Part shown: in pieces, positions 19,367-32,186 of the stretch
How the letters are laid out: every line of letters starts with the position of its first letter
How positions within the stretch are numbered: the first letter of the stretch is position 1
Assembly: GCA_965223545.1 (NCBI GenBank)
Contig: OZ245006.1
Coordinates: 6,784,001 to 6,848,000, forward strand
Reading direction: 5' to 3'
Length of the DNA stretch: 64,000 bases
Source: Planctomycetota bacterium
Lineage (GTDB): Bacteria > Planctomycetota > UBA1135 > UBA2386
Position numbers and translations under genes: made by a program
The notes under the pieces: model-generated
Told to the model about the DNA's origin: nothing
The model's database searches: none
What the model saw: the letters and a program-made list of their open reading frames with translations, nothing else

Positions 19367-20326
19367 TCAGGGCGAGCGTCCCTCGCGATAGGGGATCGAG
19401 GTCCAGTAGTAGTCCTGGCCGCTGCACCGGCGCTTGATCCAGTCCGGCGCCTTGGTGCACGCCGCGCCGAGCCGGTAGCCGCTCCACTTTGCGCCGAGGT
19501 GGAGCAGCGCGTACGGCAGCGACCACGGTTTGCGGCGGACGATCTCCTTCAGCAGCGACGTGCTGAACGAGCGGCCGCGGGCCTCGTCGGTGCCGCTCAC
19601 TCCGGTCACGCCGGCGTTGAGCCGGCGGGCATACCCGGTGTCGAAGTAGCGCTTGAACTCCTGGCCGAGGCCGTAGGTGTGCGAGTGCTGGACCACCGCC
19701 TCGGCGACGTAGGCGATGCTGTGGCCGTTCTGCAGGATCTTGGCCACGGCGACTTGATCCTCGTGCGTGAGCACCGGGGCGAAGCCGCCGATCTCGTCGA
19801 GTGCCCGGTTGTCGTAGACCGCGAAGGCGTTGCTGCAAAAGATGGTGTAGATGCCGTAGCGCTCGCGGTCGGCGAGGCTGCGCACCTGGCTCTCGTCGGG
19901 GTAGTTGAAGGTCCGCGGGAAGGCCTCCCAGAAGCCGGCGCCGTCGTGCGCGATCTGCCGCGCGTAGGCCACCGCCGCCTCTTCGCGGCGGATCGGCTCG
20001 ACCAGCTTGCCGAGCACGTGCTCGTCGACCGCGTATGCGTCGGGAGTGACCATGGCGACGATGTCGGTGCCGAGCTCCTGTCGGGCCCGCTCGCGGGTGT
20101 CGCCGTGGTTGAACTCCGGCCGCGGCACGATCAGCGTATCGGCGCCCAGTCGCTCGGCCTCCTCCACGGTGCCGTCGCCGGAGGACGAGTTGACCACCAG
20201 CACCCGCGGACGCAGGCTGCTCTGCAGAATCGGTGGCAGGCACCGCTCCAGGTGATGGCGCGCGCAGTGAGTGATCACCGCGACGCCCACCGACGGGCGG
20301 TGGCCGTTGTGGCCGTTGGCGCTCAT
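19367..20326 (-). CDS. Glycosyltransferase family 2 (rhamnosyltransferase-like)
   Basis: VVNSSSGDGT, EFNHGDTRE, VTPDA, AYARQ, FCSNAFAVY, HEDQ, VQHSH. Confidence 0.88.
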   Translation of the reverse strand: MSANGHNGHRPSVGVAVITHCARHHLERCLPPILQSSLRPRVLVVNSSSGDGTVEEAERLGADTLIVPRPEFNHGDTRERARQELGTDIVAMVTPDAYAVDEHVLGKLVEPIRREEAAVAYARQIAHDGAGFWEAFPRTFNYPDESQVRSLADRERYGIYTIFCSNAFAVYDNRALDEIGGFAPVLTHEDQVAVAKILQNGHSIAYVAEAVVQHSHTYGLGQEFKRYFDTGYARRLNAGVTGVSGTDEARGRSFSTSLLKEIVRRKPWSLPYALLHLGAKWSGYRLGAACTKAPDWIKRRCSGQDYYWTSIPYREGRSP

Positions 20327-20516
20327 GGTGGTGGAAACGAGGGCGTCCCCTCGGGAACCGCGGGGCTCACGATGCCAGCGCCGGAGGGGAGGGTCAAGGG
20401 TGGCGCGCGCGGTGGCGGGGGAGCGGCTGCGTGGCAGCCGCGGCCGTATGGGCGGTTGCGGGCGAACGCCGGCGGAGGCTGCGCCGCCCGGCCGCCGGAT
20501 CGGACCGCAGGCGAGG

Positions 20517-21221
20517 TCAACCGGCGGCGAAGGCCGCGGCGAGCCGCGCCGCGTCCCGTGGCGCCGCGCCCTGGTCCTCGTGCTTGAGGAACGCGAAGGC
20601 CTCGGTCCACGGTTGCGCGGCGATGCGCTCCGCCCAAGCCCGCAGCGCCGCTTCGTCGTAGCCGGCGCGGCGCAGCCGCAGATAGCCGAAGTCGGCGGTC
20701 GGCACGATCTCCGGCTCGGGCGCGTCGTCCTGGTCGGCGCAGCAGAGCGCACAGCCAGCCTCCCGGAGGATCTGGTGGATCGCCTCGTCCCGCCAGGACT
20801 CGTGGCGGAACTCGAACACCGCCCGCATGCCTTCCGGCAGGGTCGCGACGAAGTCCTTCAGCCGTTCCGCGTCGGCGCGGAGGTTGGGCGGCAGCTGGAA
20901 CAGGATCGGGCCGAGGTGGTCGCCGAGTGGTTGGACCACCTGCCACAGGTAGTCGACGGTGTCCTTGCACTCGCGCAGCCGCGCGCGGTGAGTGATCCGC
21001 TGCGATGCCTTGATGACGAACACGAACTCCGGTGGCACCGTCGCCGCCCACTGCGCGGTGACCTCCGGTTTGGGCAAACGGTAGAACGTGTTGTTGATCT
21101 CCACCGTCGGCAGCCGCGCCGCGTAGAGCGCGAGGAACTCGGCCGGCTTGGCGTCCTCGGGGTAGAAGGGCCCCTTCCACGCCGGGTAGCTGTAGCCGCT
21201 GGTGCCAGTGCGGAGCTGCAT
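20517..21221 (-). CDS. DUF72-domain protein
   Basis: GTSGYSYPAWKGPFYP, TVEINNTFYRLP, LFQLPP, FEFRHESW, YLRLR; TGATG coupling to the patatin gene. Confidence 0.92.
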   Translation of the reverse strand: MQLRTGTSGYSYPAWKGPFYPEDAKPAEFLALYAARLPTVEINNTFYRLPKPEVTAQWAATVPPEFVFVIKASQRITHRARLRECKDTVDYLWQVVQPLGDHLGPILFQLPPNLRADAERLKDFVATLPEGMRAVFEFRHESWRDEAIHQILREAGCALCCADQDDAPEPEIVPTADFGYLRLRRAGYDEAALRAWAERIAAQPWTEAFAFLKHEDQGAAPRDAARLAAAFAAG

Positions 21222-22339
21222 CAGAGGTTGCTCAGGCGGATGGCGTGCGTTGGGCAGTGCCGCTCGCAGGCGCGGTCCTTGACGCACTCGTAGTTGTGCG
21301 GCTTGCGCACGACGTTGCCCATCGGCACGGCGACGTAGCCGTCGGTGGCGCACACCGCCTGGCAGATGCCGCAGTGGATGCAGGCGTTCATGTCGACGTC
21401 GAGCTGCACGTAGTCGCGCGGCTGGTCGATGCTGCGCTCGACCTCCATCACCGCTTCGGGCCGGCACAGCGGGCGGGTGAGCGGGTGCGTGGTGAGCACC
21501 TCCATCGCCTCGTGCTCGCCGCGGCGCACCAGGTCACCGACGTCGGGCGTGCCGAGCACCCCGATGCCGATCAAGTCGGGCTTGATCATCACCAGGTTCT
21601 GGCCGGCGTGCCGGTGCAGGTTCTGCTCGTTGAGCGCGTTGCCCATGATCTCGTAGGTCTGCGACAGGATGTGCGGCAGCGTGGCGCGGAACGGCGTGCG
21701 CGCGTGGTAGTCGCGCATCGACAGGTCGACCGCGACCACCAGCCGCGCCTGGCGCGCCAGGCCGAGCGTCAGACACAGGCTCTCCCCCATGCCGCCGTCG
21801 ATGTAGTGCTCGCCGTCGATCTCGAGCGGCTCGAAGATGCCCGGCAGGCAGCTGCTCGCGTAGACCGCGTCGGCGACGCCGATCGCCGGCGTGCCGGGCA
21901 GCCCGAAGTAGCGCATCGTGCCGGTCTCCAGCGACAGCGCGTTGCAGAAGAACGGCTTCTGCAGCTCCTCGAACTTGCCGCACGGTACCGATTGGCGCAG
22001 GAAGTCGAGGAACGGACGGCCCTTGTAGACCGAGGCGTGGCGGTAGCCCTTGATCAGGAACTTCAGCAGATTGAGGCGGAAGTAGTCCTTGAGGGAGATC
22101 CGCTGCACGACCTCTTCGCACTGATGCGAGTCGAGCCCACCGGCGTGCATCGCGCCCATCACCGCGCCCATGCTGGTGCCGATCACCTCGTCGATCGGAA
22201 TCCCGCAGCGCTCCATTGCGCGGAACACGCCGATGTGGGCGAACCCCTTCATGCCGCCGCCGCCGAGCACCAGGACGACCCGCGGCCGGGGGCGAAACGC
22301 CTCGGTGACGAGCGGCGCGGGGGGTGGTTCCGACGACAT
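21221..22339 (-). CDS. Patatin-like phospholipase fused to C-terminal 2x[4Fe-4S] ferredoxin-like domain
   Basis: LGGGGMKGFAHIG, GTSMG, YIDGG; C-terminus CIHCGICQAVC..CVKDRACERHCP. Confidence 0.88.
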   Translation of the reverse strand: MSSEPPPAPLVTEAFRPRPRVVLVLGGGGMKGFAHIGVFRAMERCGIPIDEVIGTSMGAVMGAMHAGGLDSHQCEEVVQRISLKDYFRLNLLKFLIKGYRHASVYKGRPFLDFLRQSVPCGKFEELQKPFFCNALSLETGTMRYFGLPGTPAIGVADAVYASSCLPGIFEPLEIDGEHYIDGGMGESLCLTLGLARQARLVVAVDLSMRDYHARTPFRATLPHILSQTYEIMGNALNEQNLHRHAGQNLVMIKPDLIGIGVLGTPDVGDLVRRGEHEAMEVLTTHPLTRPLCRPEAVMEVERSIDQPRDYVQLDVDMNACIHCGICQAVCATDGYVAVPMGNVVRKPHNYECVKDRACERHCPTHAIRLSNL

Positions 22340-22498
22340 GCGTGCGGGTTAGGTAGGCGAAGCGGCGGGGGGCGTCAAGCGAGACGGGGTGGATTCCGCC
22401 TCCCTGCATCCGGGCAGTCGCGCGCGGGCCTTTTGCACCGGCTCGCGCCGGCTGCGCGGCGCGCCGGTCGTGTATGCTGCCGGCCGAGGACTCCCACC

Positions 22499-23980
22499 AT
22501 GAAGATCTTGTTCCTCTACCCGGACATGATCACGCGCAGCGAGAGCTGGCACGGCTACTACTACGAGGGCATCGCGATGCTCTCGGCTGCGGCCAAGCAA
22601 GCCGGTCACGAGACCGCCCTGCTGCACGTCTACAAGCCGCTCGACGACGCCGAGATCCTGCGCTGGGTCGAGGAGAACCGCGACGGCGACAACACCCTGC
22701 TGGCGTTCTCCGCCACGACCAACCAGTTTCCGCACGTCAAGCGCTGGGCGCCGATGCTGAAGAGCGCCACCGGCCTGCCCACCGTGATCGGCGGCATGCA
22801 CCCGACCTTGTCCGCCGAAGACGCGATGGCTGCCGATGGGGTCGACATGATCTGCTGTGGCGATGGCGAGGGGCCGCTCGCCGAGCTCGCCACCCGGCTG
22901 CAGGCCGGAGGTGGGGCGGCCGGCGTCAAGGGTCTCTGGTACCGCGACGGTGGCGGGATCGTGCGCCAAGAGCTGGCGCCGAACACCGACGTCTCGACCG
23001 CGCCGTACCCCGACTGGGGGATCTACCCCGAGTACCACAAGCTCGAGGCGATCCGCGAGCGCGTCGGCATCCTGATGGGCTCGCGTGGCTGCCCGTACAA
23101 CTGCGCCTACTGCTGCAACCTGGCGCTCATCAAGCAGAGCAAGGGGCGCGGGCGCTACCTGCGCTTCAAGGAGGTCGACGAGTTCATCAAGGAGATCGAG
23201 GTCTACTTGGCGCGCTATCCGGAGACCGTCGCCCTGTTCTTCGAGGACGACATCTTCGGCGTGTGGAAGAAGTGGCTGCGCGAGTTCGTGCCGGCCTACA
23301 AGAAGGAGATCGGCATGCCGTTCGGCTGCAACATGCGGCCGAATCTCGTCGACCAGGAGATGGTCGACCTGCTGGCCGAGGCCGGCTGCAAGCGCGTGCA
23401 CATGGCGATCGAGTCGGGCAACGAGGAGGTGCGCAACCGCATCCTCAACCGCAACCTCAGTCACGACGTTTTGGTGGGGGCGTTCAAGATGTTCAAGAAC
23501 GCCGGCATCCAGCTGCAGTCGTACAACATCGTCGGCTCGCCGCACGAGACTCCGAGGGCCGTGCTCGACACGATCAAGATGAACGCGGAGATCGATCCGG
23601 AGTGGATCCAGCACTCGATCTTCTATCCATACGAGGGCACTCCGTTGTACGAGCTGGTGCACAAGGAGGGCTTGGTGGCGCGGGACCGTGAGGTCACCGA
23701 CTACTTCGCCGACACCGTGCTCGAGCAGGCGACCATCCGCCGCGAGCAGGTGGTGATGTTCCAGGAGTACTTCAAGCCGCTGGTGAAGCACTACCAGCGC
23801 ATCTGGGCGTGGCCCAAGCCGCTGCGCGGCGTCGCGCAGGTGGCGACCGACCGCTTCCTGGTGTGGCGCGGCGCGCCGCGGACGATGCGCGCGGTGCGCC
23901 AAGTCGGCGGTGCGCTGCCGCGTTGGGGTCGGCGTCCGGCGCCGGCCGACAAGCCGGCGGAGGCCGAGGTCGTCTGCTGA
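22499..23980 (+). CDS. Cobalamin-binding radical SAM protein (class B type)
   Basis: VIGGMHPT, GDGE, SRGCPYNCAYCCN, FEDDIF, AIESGN, YPYEGTPLY. Confidence 0.9.
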   Translation: MKILFLYPDMITRSESWHGYYYEGIAMLSAAAKQAGHETALLHVYKPLDDAEILRWVEENRDGDNTLLAFSATTNQFPHVKRWAPMLKSATGLPTVIGGMHPTLSAEDAMAADGVDMICCGDGEGPLAELATRLQAGGGAAGVKGLWYRDGGGIVRQELAPNTDVSTAPYPDWGIYPEYHKLEAIRERVGILMGSRGCPYNCAYCCNLALIKQSKGRGRYLRFKEVDEFIKEIEVYLARYPETVALFFEDDIFGVWKKWLREFVPAYKKEIGMPFGCNMRPNLVDQEMVDLLAEAGCKRVHMAIESGNEEVRNRILNRNLSHDVLVGAFKMFKNAGIQLQSYNIVGSPHETPRAVLDTIKMNAEIDPEWIQHSIFYPYEGTPLYELVHKEGLVARDREVTDYFADTVLEQATIRREQVVMFQEYFKPLVKHYQRIWAWPKPLRGVAQVATDRFLVWRGAPRTMRAVRQVGGALPRWGRRPAPADKPAEAEVVC

Positions 23981-23998
23981 GCGGCCGGCGCCGCCGGC

Positions 23999-24631
23999 TC
24001 ACTCGCTGTTGACTTGCGCGCGCTGGACCTCCGGCCGGGTCAGCAGCGCGGCGGTGAGCTCGGCGGAGCGGCTCGGGTCCAGCGCGGCGAGCCGGATTCG
24101 CAGCTCGAGCTGATCGCTGGCGCGGTCGCTGGTGCTGCGGGTGAGCTCGAGCCGTGGTGCGAAGGCGCGCACCGCATCGAGGCACGGGGTGGGATCCGCC
24201 GACGCCGGCGTCAGCGTCAGCCGCAGCGTCGCGGTGATGGGCTCGTCACCGCTCGGTTGCAGCGCGCGCAGCACCAGTACGACGACGCCGACGACGGCCG
24301 TGCCGACCGCGGCGACCGGGAAGTTGCCGACGCCGGAGGCCATGCCGGCGGCGACCGAGAAGATCACGAACACGGTGTCGCGCGTCTCGCGCACGACGGT
24401 GCGGAAGCGGACGATGGCCAAGGTGCCGACCAGGGTGAAGGCCGCCGCGATGTTGTCGCCGACGGCCATCATCACCGTCGCGATCAGCGGCGACAGCATC
24501 ACCAAGGTCTGGCTGAAGCCGATGCTGCGCTCGCGCGGCGTGCGCGCCGCGCGGAACAGCAGCGCGACGATCGCGCCGAGTACCGTGGCGACGCCGAGGC
24601 GGAGCGCGATCTGCGGGACGGCGTCGAGCAT
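23999..24631 (-). CDS. DUF4956-family membrane protein
   Basis: VMMAVGDNIAAAFTLVGTLAIVRFRTVVRETRDTVFVIFSVAAGMASG. Confidence 0.85.
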   Translation of the reverse strand: MLDAVPQIALRLGVATVLGAIVALLFRAARTPRERSIGFSQTLVMLSPLIATVMMAVGDNIAAAFTLVGTLAIVRFRTVVRETRDTVFVIFSVAAGMASGVGNFPVAAVGTAVVGVVVLVLRALQPSGDEPITATLRLTLTPASADPTPCLDAVRAFAPRLELTRSTSDRASDQLELRIRLAALDPSRSAELTAALLTRPEVQRAQVNSE

Positions 24632-24679
24632 CGGCCGCTGACTTTAGGTCCCGGTGCGCGGGTGGGCGACGGCGTGGCG

Positions 24680-25549
24680 TCAGTTTTGTGGGGAGCGCGG
24701 TGGTTGCCGAGACGCGCGGGCCTTCGCCGTGGCACCCAGCAGCAGGTCGCAGCGCAGGGGGCGGTGGTCGGATGCGTGCGGTTCGGCGATCACCGCGAAG
24801 GCCTGCGCGGTGATGCCGGCGCCGTTCGGGACCAGGATGGCGTCGATCGTGCGGTCGGGGCGATCCGCTGGAAAGGTGTGCGGGGCGCCGGCGCCCGCCG
24901 TGCTGGTCCAGCCGTCGGCGAACAGCTGCATCACCGCGGAGCCTGGTCGTGAGTTGAAGTCTCCGGCAACGACCACCGGAGCCGGCGCGGAGTCGATCGC
25001 GGCGAGCAGAGTGCGTGCCTGCGCGCTGCGCTGCTCCTCGGTGGCGTAGAAGTGCACGTTGGCGATGGTCAGCCGCCGGTCGGAATCGCCGTGCCGCACG
25101 GTGACGAGCAGCGCGGTGCGCGGCTCGGCGCCGGCGGGGAGGCGCAGGTTGTCGACGCGTTCGACCGGCAGACGGCTCAGCGTGGCCATTCCGTACTCGC
25201 CGCCGTCGTAGGGCATGAAGGCGCCGAACTCGGCGTGCATGCCGGTGCGCGCGCCGAGCGCCCGCGCCTGGTCGACGCCGTTGGTGCGGCCGGTGCCCCG
25301 GTCGATCTCCTGCAGGCAGACGACGTCGGCGCCGGCCGCCAGGATCACCGCCGCGGTTCGGTCCAGATCGACGACGCCGTCCATCCCGGCGCCGTGCCGC
25401 ACGTTGTAGGTCATCAGCCGCAGCCGGTGGGCGGCAGAGGGGGCTTCCGCGGGTGGTTCCGTGTTGTCCCCCTGAGCGGCGACGGCACCGGCGAAGAGCG
25501 CGGCGATGAGGGCGGAACGCGGGTGGTGGACGGAGCGCATGCCCGGCAT
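24680..25549 (-). CDS. Secreted endonuclease/exonuclease/phosphatase family protein
   Basis: MTYNVRHG, LQEID, NVH, VAGDFNS, TIDAIL, ASDHRP; signal peptide. Confidence 0.9.
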   Translation of the reverse strand: MPGMRSVHHPRSALIAALFAGAVAAQGDNTEPPAEAPSAAHRLRLMTYNVRHGAGMDGVVDLDRTAAVILAAGADVVCLQEIDRGTGRTNGVDQARALGARTGMHAEFGAFMPYDGGEYGMATLSRLPVERVDNLRLPAGAEPRTALLVTVRHGDSDRRLTIANVHFYATEEQRSAQARTLLAAIDSAPAPVVVAGDFNSRPGSAVMQLFADGWTSTAGAGAPHTFPADRPDRTIDAILVPNGAGITAQAFAVIAEPHASDHRPLRCDLLLGATAKARASRQPPRSPQN

Positions 25550-25610
25550 GCTACGGCGCGCGGGGTCCGGCGCCCTAGATGATGAGTCGGAGCCTGGCTC
25601 CGTACGTGCG

Positions 25611-28148
<2,538 letters not shown>

Positions 28149-28370
28149 GGTTCACTCCGGTACCTGCCGAGGCCTGTTCAGTCACCCTGGTGTAGATCGG
28201 CTGGATCCTCGCGATGATTTACCCGGATCCGAGGGGCTGGCAACTCGAGCTTCCCGCGAGATCGCGCCGCCATCGGCGCTCCGGGGCCACTTGCCGGGGG
28301 TGACCATCGGCCTTTGCAACGCGGATCTCAACACCTACTCGCCGGTCCGCGCGGCGCCCAGGGCCGGGGC

Positions 28371-29492
28371 TCAGGGTTGTCCCGCCGGGTCGCCCGCCGC
28401 GTCGCCCCCCGCGGGCTTCGAGTCGGGAGGATTGCCCGACAAGAAGCGGCGCATCAGCGCCGCGCGCTTCTCGTCGCGTTCGCCGGCTTCGAGTGGGCGT
28501 TCGCAGAGGCGCTGCAGGTGGGCGGGTTGGGACAACAAGAGCGCGGCGTTCAGGGCGGCGAGCGACGGCGCGGGCAGGATCCCCTGTTGTACGCCGAACC
28601 GCACCGCAGACAGGCAGCTCAGCGCCTCGTCGGTGGTCAGCACGCGCGCGTTTTGCAGCGTGCCCAGCGCGCGGAAGACCCGGTCGAGGGTGCGCAGGCG
28701 CGGCTCGCCGCGCAGCAGCGCCTCGCGCACGCGGCGCTCCCAGCGGACCAGTGCTTCGACCGCTTGCCGGACGTCGCGCGCGATCTGCTGCTCGGCGCGG
28801 CCGAGGGTGATCTGGTTGCTGACCTGGTAGAAGTCGCCCGAAGCCCGGCTGCCCTCGCCGTAGAGGCCGCGGACGGCCATGTTGGTCTTCTGCGCGGCGG
28901 TCGTCGCCTTCTCGATCTCGTCGGCCCACACCAGGCCGGGCAGGTGCAGCATCACCGACACGCGCAGACCGGTGCCGGTGTTGGTGGGGCACGAGGTCAA
29001 GAAGCCGAACTCGTCCGAGAACGCGATCGGCACGCGCTCGATCAGCGACTGGTCGAGCTGCTCGGCCCGGGCGAACGCCGCGTCGATGCTGTGCCCCGAC
29101 CGGAACACCTGGGCGCGGATGTGGTCCTCCTCGTTGACCATCACCGACACGCTCTCGTCGGTGTTGACCGCGACCGCGCGCGGCCGCTCGGCCTCGGCGA
29201 ACTCGCGGCTGATCAGGTGCCGCTCGAGCAGCAGGCGGCGCTGCAGGCGGTCCATCTGGTCGAGGTCGAGGAAGTCGAGCGCCTCTGGCAGCCCGGTGGC
29301 CAAGCTATTCCGCACGAACGCCACCAGCTTGCCGGCCTCGTCGTTGGGCAGGCACGGCGCAAACCGGTAGCCGTCGACGTTGCGCGCGAAGCGGATCCGC
29401 GTGCAGACCGCGATGTCCGCCTCGGGGCCATCGGCCTTGAGCCACTCACCGACGTTGTAGTCGGCCGGCAGCGGCAGCTCGCCGTCGCTCAC
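28371..29492 (-). CDS. mcsB: Protein-arginine kinase McsB
   Basis: TRIRFARN, ERHLIS, MVNEEDH, LTSCPTNTGTGLRVSVMLHLP, YQVSNQITLG; GTGA coupling to mcsA. Confidence 0.93.
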   Translation of the reverse strand: MSDGELPLPADYNVGEWLKADGPEADIAVCTRIRFARNVDGYRFAPCLPNDEAGKLVAFVRNSLATGLPEALDFLDLDQMDRLQRRLLLERHLISREFAEAERPRAVAVNTDESVSVMVNEEDHIRAQVFRSGHSIDAAFARAEQLDQSLIERVPIAFSDEFGFLTSCPTNTGTGLRVSVMLHLPGLVWADEIEKATTAAQKTNMAVRGLYGEGSRASGDFYQVSNQITLGRAEQQIARDVRQAVEALVRWERRVREALLRGEPRLRTLDRVFRALGTLQNARVLTTDEALSCLSAVRFGVQQGILPAPSLAALNAALLLSQPAHLQRLCERPLEAGERDEKRAALMRRFLSGNPPDSKPAGGDAAGDPAGQP

Positions 29493-30088
29493 GATGCCCC
29501 TTCCGCGGCGCCGCCGCTGTCGGCCTCCAGGGCGCGGATGCGGTCGCGCAGCTCGGCTGCGCGCTCGTAGGCCTCCTCGGCGACGGCGGCGTCGAGTGCG
29601 CTGTGCAGCTGCTCGAGCTCGGCGCGGGGCGGCGTGCCGGCGTCGTGCTCGTCCCCCGGGCGCCCTTCGGCGTCGGGATCGATCAGCGGCAGTGTCGACT
29701 CGGACGGGTGCCGCCGCGGTGCCGTCGTCGCGAAGCGGCCGCGGTGGCTGGTGGCATCGTGGACCCGCTCGAGCAGGGGGATCAGCTCGACCTTGAAGGT
29801 GTCGTAGCAGCGCGGGCAGCCGGTGCGGCCGCGCACCATGAACTCGGACGAGGACAGGTCGCAGCCGGGACACGTCTTGTGGTCATCGCCCTGGCTGGCC
29901 TTCTGGTTGCCGATCAGATCGAGCATCTCCATCTGGTGCAGCTTGAGCGGCAGTGGACTGCCGGTGCCCATGCCGCTGCCCTCGGCGCACGCCGCGCACA
30001 GATGTCGCTGGTCGACGACCTCGTCATCCTTGATCTCCAGGATGTGGATCGTCGCGTACGTCTTCTTGCAAGAGGAGCAGTACTGCAT
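29489..30088 (-). CDS. mcsA: McsA (UvrB/UvrC-motif zinc-binding activator)
   Basis: Four CxxC motifs (CSSC, CAAC, CPGC, CPRC), C-terminal EEAYERAAELRDRI; upstream of mcsB-clpC. Confidence 0.9.
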   Translation of the reverse strand: MQYCSSCKKTYATIHILEIKDDEVVDQRHLCAACAEGSGMGTGSPLPLKLHQMEMLDLIGNQKASQGDDHKTCPGCDLSSSEFMVRGRTGCPRCYDTFKVELIPLLERVHDATSHRGRFATTAPRRHPSESTLPLIDPDAEGRPGDEHDAGTPPRAELEQLHSALDAAVAEEAYERAAELRDRIRALEADSGGAAEGAS

Positions 30089-30144
30089 GGCGCGACTCGC
30101 TGCCGGCACGCCGCCGCGCCTTGAGGGGTGCGCGGCGGCGGTCG

Positions 30145-31542
30145 TCAGCGCAGTGTAGCCCGTGGCGGCGCCACACCAAAGGGGGCGGTGGTCGCGGCGT
30201 TGTCCGTTTGTCGCTGCAGCCAGTGGTGGAGTGCCCTGGCGCGGGCGCGGAAGTTGGGATACTGGTCGAACGAGGCGAACGCCGGGCTGAACAGCACCCG
30301 GTCGCCCGGCCGGGCGCAGCGCAGGGCGCGCGCCACCGCTTGCTCGAGGCGCTCATCGCAGCTGACGCCGGGGTCGGCGGCGGTGGCGGCGCGCAATGCC
30401 GCCGCCGCCGCGCCGAACAGGTGGGCGCTCTCGACCAGCGGTCGCAGGGCGGCGAGCGTGGCGGCGGGGTCGCCCGCCTTGTCGACGCCGCCGCCGACCC
30501 AGCGCACCGCGCCGCCGAGCGCGCGCACCGCGCCGAGGGTCGATTGCAGCTCGGTGGACACGCCGTTGTCGAACACCGCGACGCCGCCGATCAACGCCAC
30601 CTGCTGCAGGCGGTGCGGCAGCGGCGGCTGCTGCGCGAGGGCGAGCGCCGCGCGTTGCGGGCCGATGCCCAGCAGCGCGATGGCGGCAGCGGCGGCGAGG
30701 GCGTTCTCGACGTGGAAGGCGCCGACCAGGCGCAGCGCGTCGCGGTGCAGCCAGCGTTGCTCTGCGCCGAAGCGCGTCACGAGCCAGCCATCGACCACAC
30801 CGGCTTCGCCGTCGGCCGGCGGGCCGTCGCGGTACGCCGCGCGCCGGCGGGCCGGCGAGGGGAAGGCGACGGCCACCGGGTCGTCGGCGGGGTGCACCAG
30901 GACGGCGCGGGCCGCTGCCGCGGCGCGCGCCTTGGCGGCGTGGTAGGCGACCAGCGAACCGTGCCAATCGAGGTGGTCGCGGCCGATGCGGGTCAGCACC
31001 GCCGCTTCTACGGCGCGTTCTGACGCCAGCCGTTGGAGTTGGAACGAGGATGCCTCGACGACGGCGACGCAGCTGCTCGACCAGCGCCCGCGCAGCGCGA
31101 ACAGGCTCTGCCCGATGTTGCCGCCGAGGATCACCGGCAGACCGCCGCGCCGCAGCGCTGCCGCCAGCAGCGTGGCGGTGGTGGACTTGCCGTTGGTGCC
31201 GGTGACCAGCACGACGCGACCGGGGAACGCTTCGAGCGCGAGGTCGAGCTCCTGCGTGCGCGGCAGGTCGCGCGCGGCTGCGGCGCGCAGCAGCGGGTGG
31301 TCGTCGCGGATCGCGGGGTTGATCACCAGTCGGTCGACGCCGTCGAGGAGCCGCTGGTCCTCCCGTCCCAGGCACAGCTCCAGGTCGCGGTGGTCGCCCA
31401 GTGCTGCGACGCTGTCGCGCAGCTGCGCGGCGGGTGCCCGGTCGGCGACCCGGACGCGTTCGCCTGCGCGAAGCAGCGCGCGGCAGGCCTCGAGGCCGCC
31501 GCCGAAGCGACCGAGCCCGAGGACCAGGTTGTGTCGGGTCAC
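30145..31542 (-). CDS. murD: UDP-N-acetylmuramoyl-L-alanine--D-glutamate ligase
   Basis: LGLGRFGGG, VTGTNGKSTT, GGNIG, VEASSFQL, DHLDWH, LPHRLQ, LFSPAFASFDQYPNF. Confidence 0.88.
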   Translation of the reverse strand: MTRHNLVLGLGRFGGGLEACRALLRAGERVRVADRAPAAQLRDSVAALGDHRDLELCLGREDQRLLDGVDRLVINPAIRDDHPLLRAAAARDLPRTQELDLALEAFPGRVVLVTGTNGKSTTATLLAAALRRGGLPVILGGNIGQSLFALRGRWSSSCVAVVEASSFQLQRLASERAVEAAVLTRIGRDHLDWHGSLVAYHAAKARAAAAARAVLVHPADDPVAVAFPSPARRRAAYRDGPPADGEAGVVDGWLVTRFGAEQRWLHRDALRLVGAFHVENALAAAAAIALLGIGPQRAALALAQQPPLPHRLQQVALIGGVAVFDNGVSTELQSTLGAVRALGGAVRWVGGGVDKAGDPAATLAALRPLVESAHLFGAAAAALRAATAADPGVSCDERLEQAVARALRCARPGDRVLFSPAFASFDQYPNFRARARALHHWLQRQTDNAATTAPFGVAPPRATLR

Positions 31543-31968
31543 CGCTGCAGCCGCAGCGCGCGGGCGCGGTCGACCAAGGCCTGCCGTCCTCCGGCTGCGC
31601 CGGGCTGCGTGCCGAGCGGCTCTTCCGGATAGGTGGTTGGCGCGAGGGTGGTGCGCACGTCGAGTTCGCCGGTCAGCCGCTGCCACGACTCGGCCAGCAG
31701 GTCGAGCGGGAACAGCCAGCCCGGCGCTGGCGGTGCGGCGCGCACCTGGGCGCGGTCCGCGCGCGGCAATGGGGCGCCGTCGCGGGGAGCCGGCGCCGCC
31801 TCGACCGCGACGGTGCCGTAGTAGGGCAGGGGCAGCGTGGCGTCCCCGTGTCCGCGCAGCTCGCCGTCCACGTAGATCGCGCCGGCGGCATCCGTGGAAG
31901 TGACGTGCAGGGTCGGGGTCGCGCAGGCGGCGAGCACCGCGCAGCACGAGATGCAGGCGAGGAGAACC
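31539..31968 (-). CDS. Putative lipoprotein (PEGA-like); start uncertain
   Basis: Lipobox VLAAC followed by TLHVTSTDAAGAIYVDGE; stop coupled to the murD GTG. No ATG/GTG/TTG in frame between the tRNA 3' end and the hydrophobic signal core. Confidence 0.55.
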
Positions 31969-31990
31969 CGGGCGCGCGAGGGCGCTGGGG

Positions 31991-32082
<92 letters not shown>

Positions 32083-32186
32083 GGAGGCATGGCGGGCAAG
32101 CGTCGAGCCTGGTCGAGCCCGAGTCAAGCCACTTCTTCGCCTGGCTGCTGTCAGAAACCGCGCGGTGCGCGGTCCAATGGTGCGGC

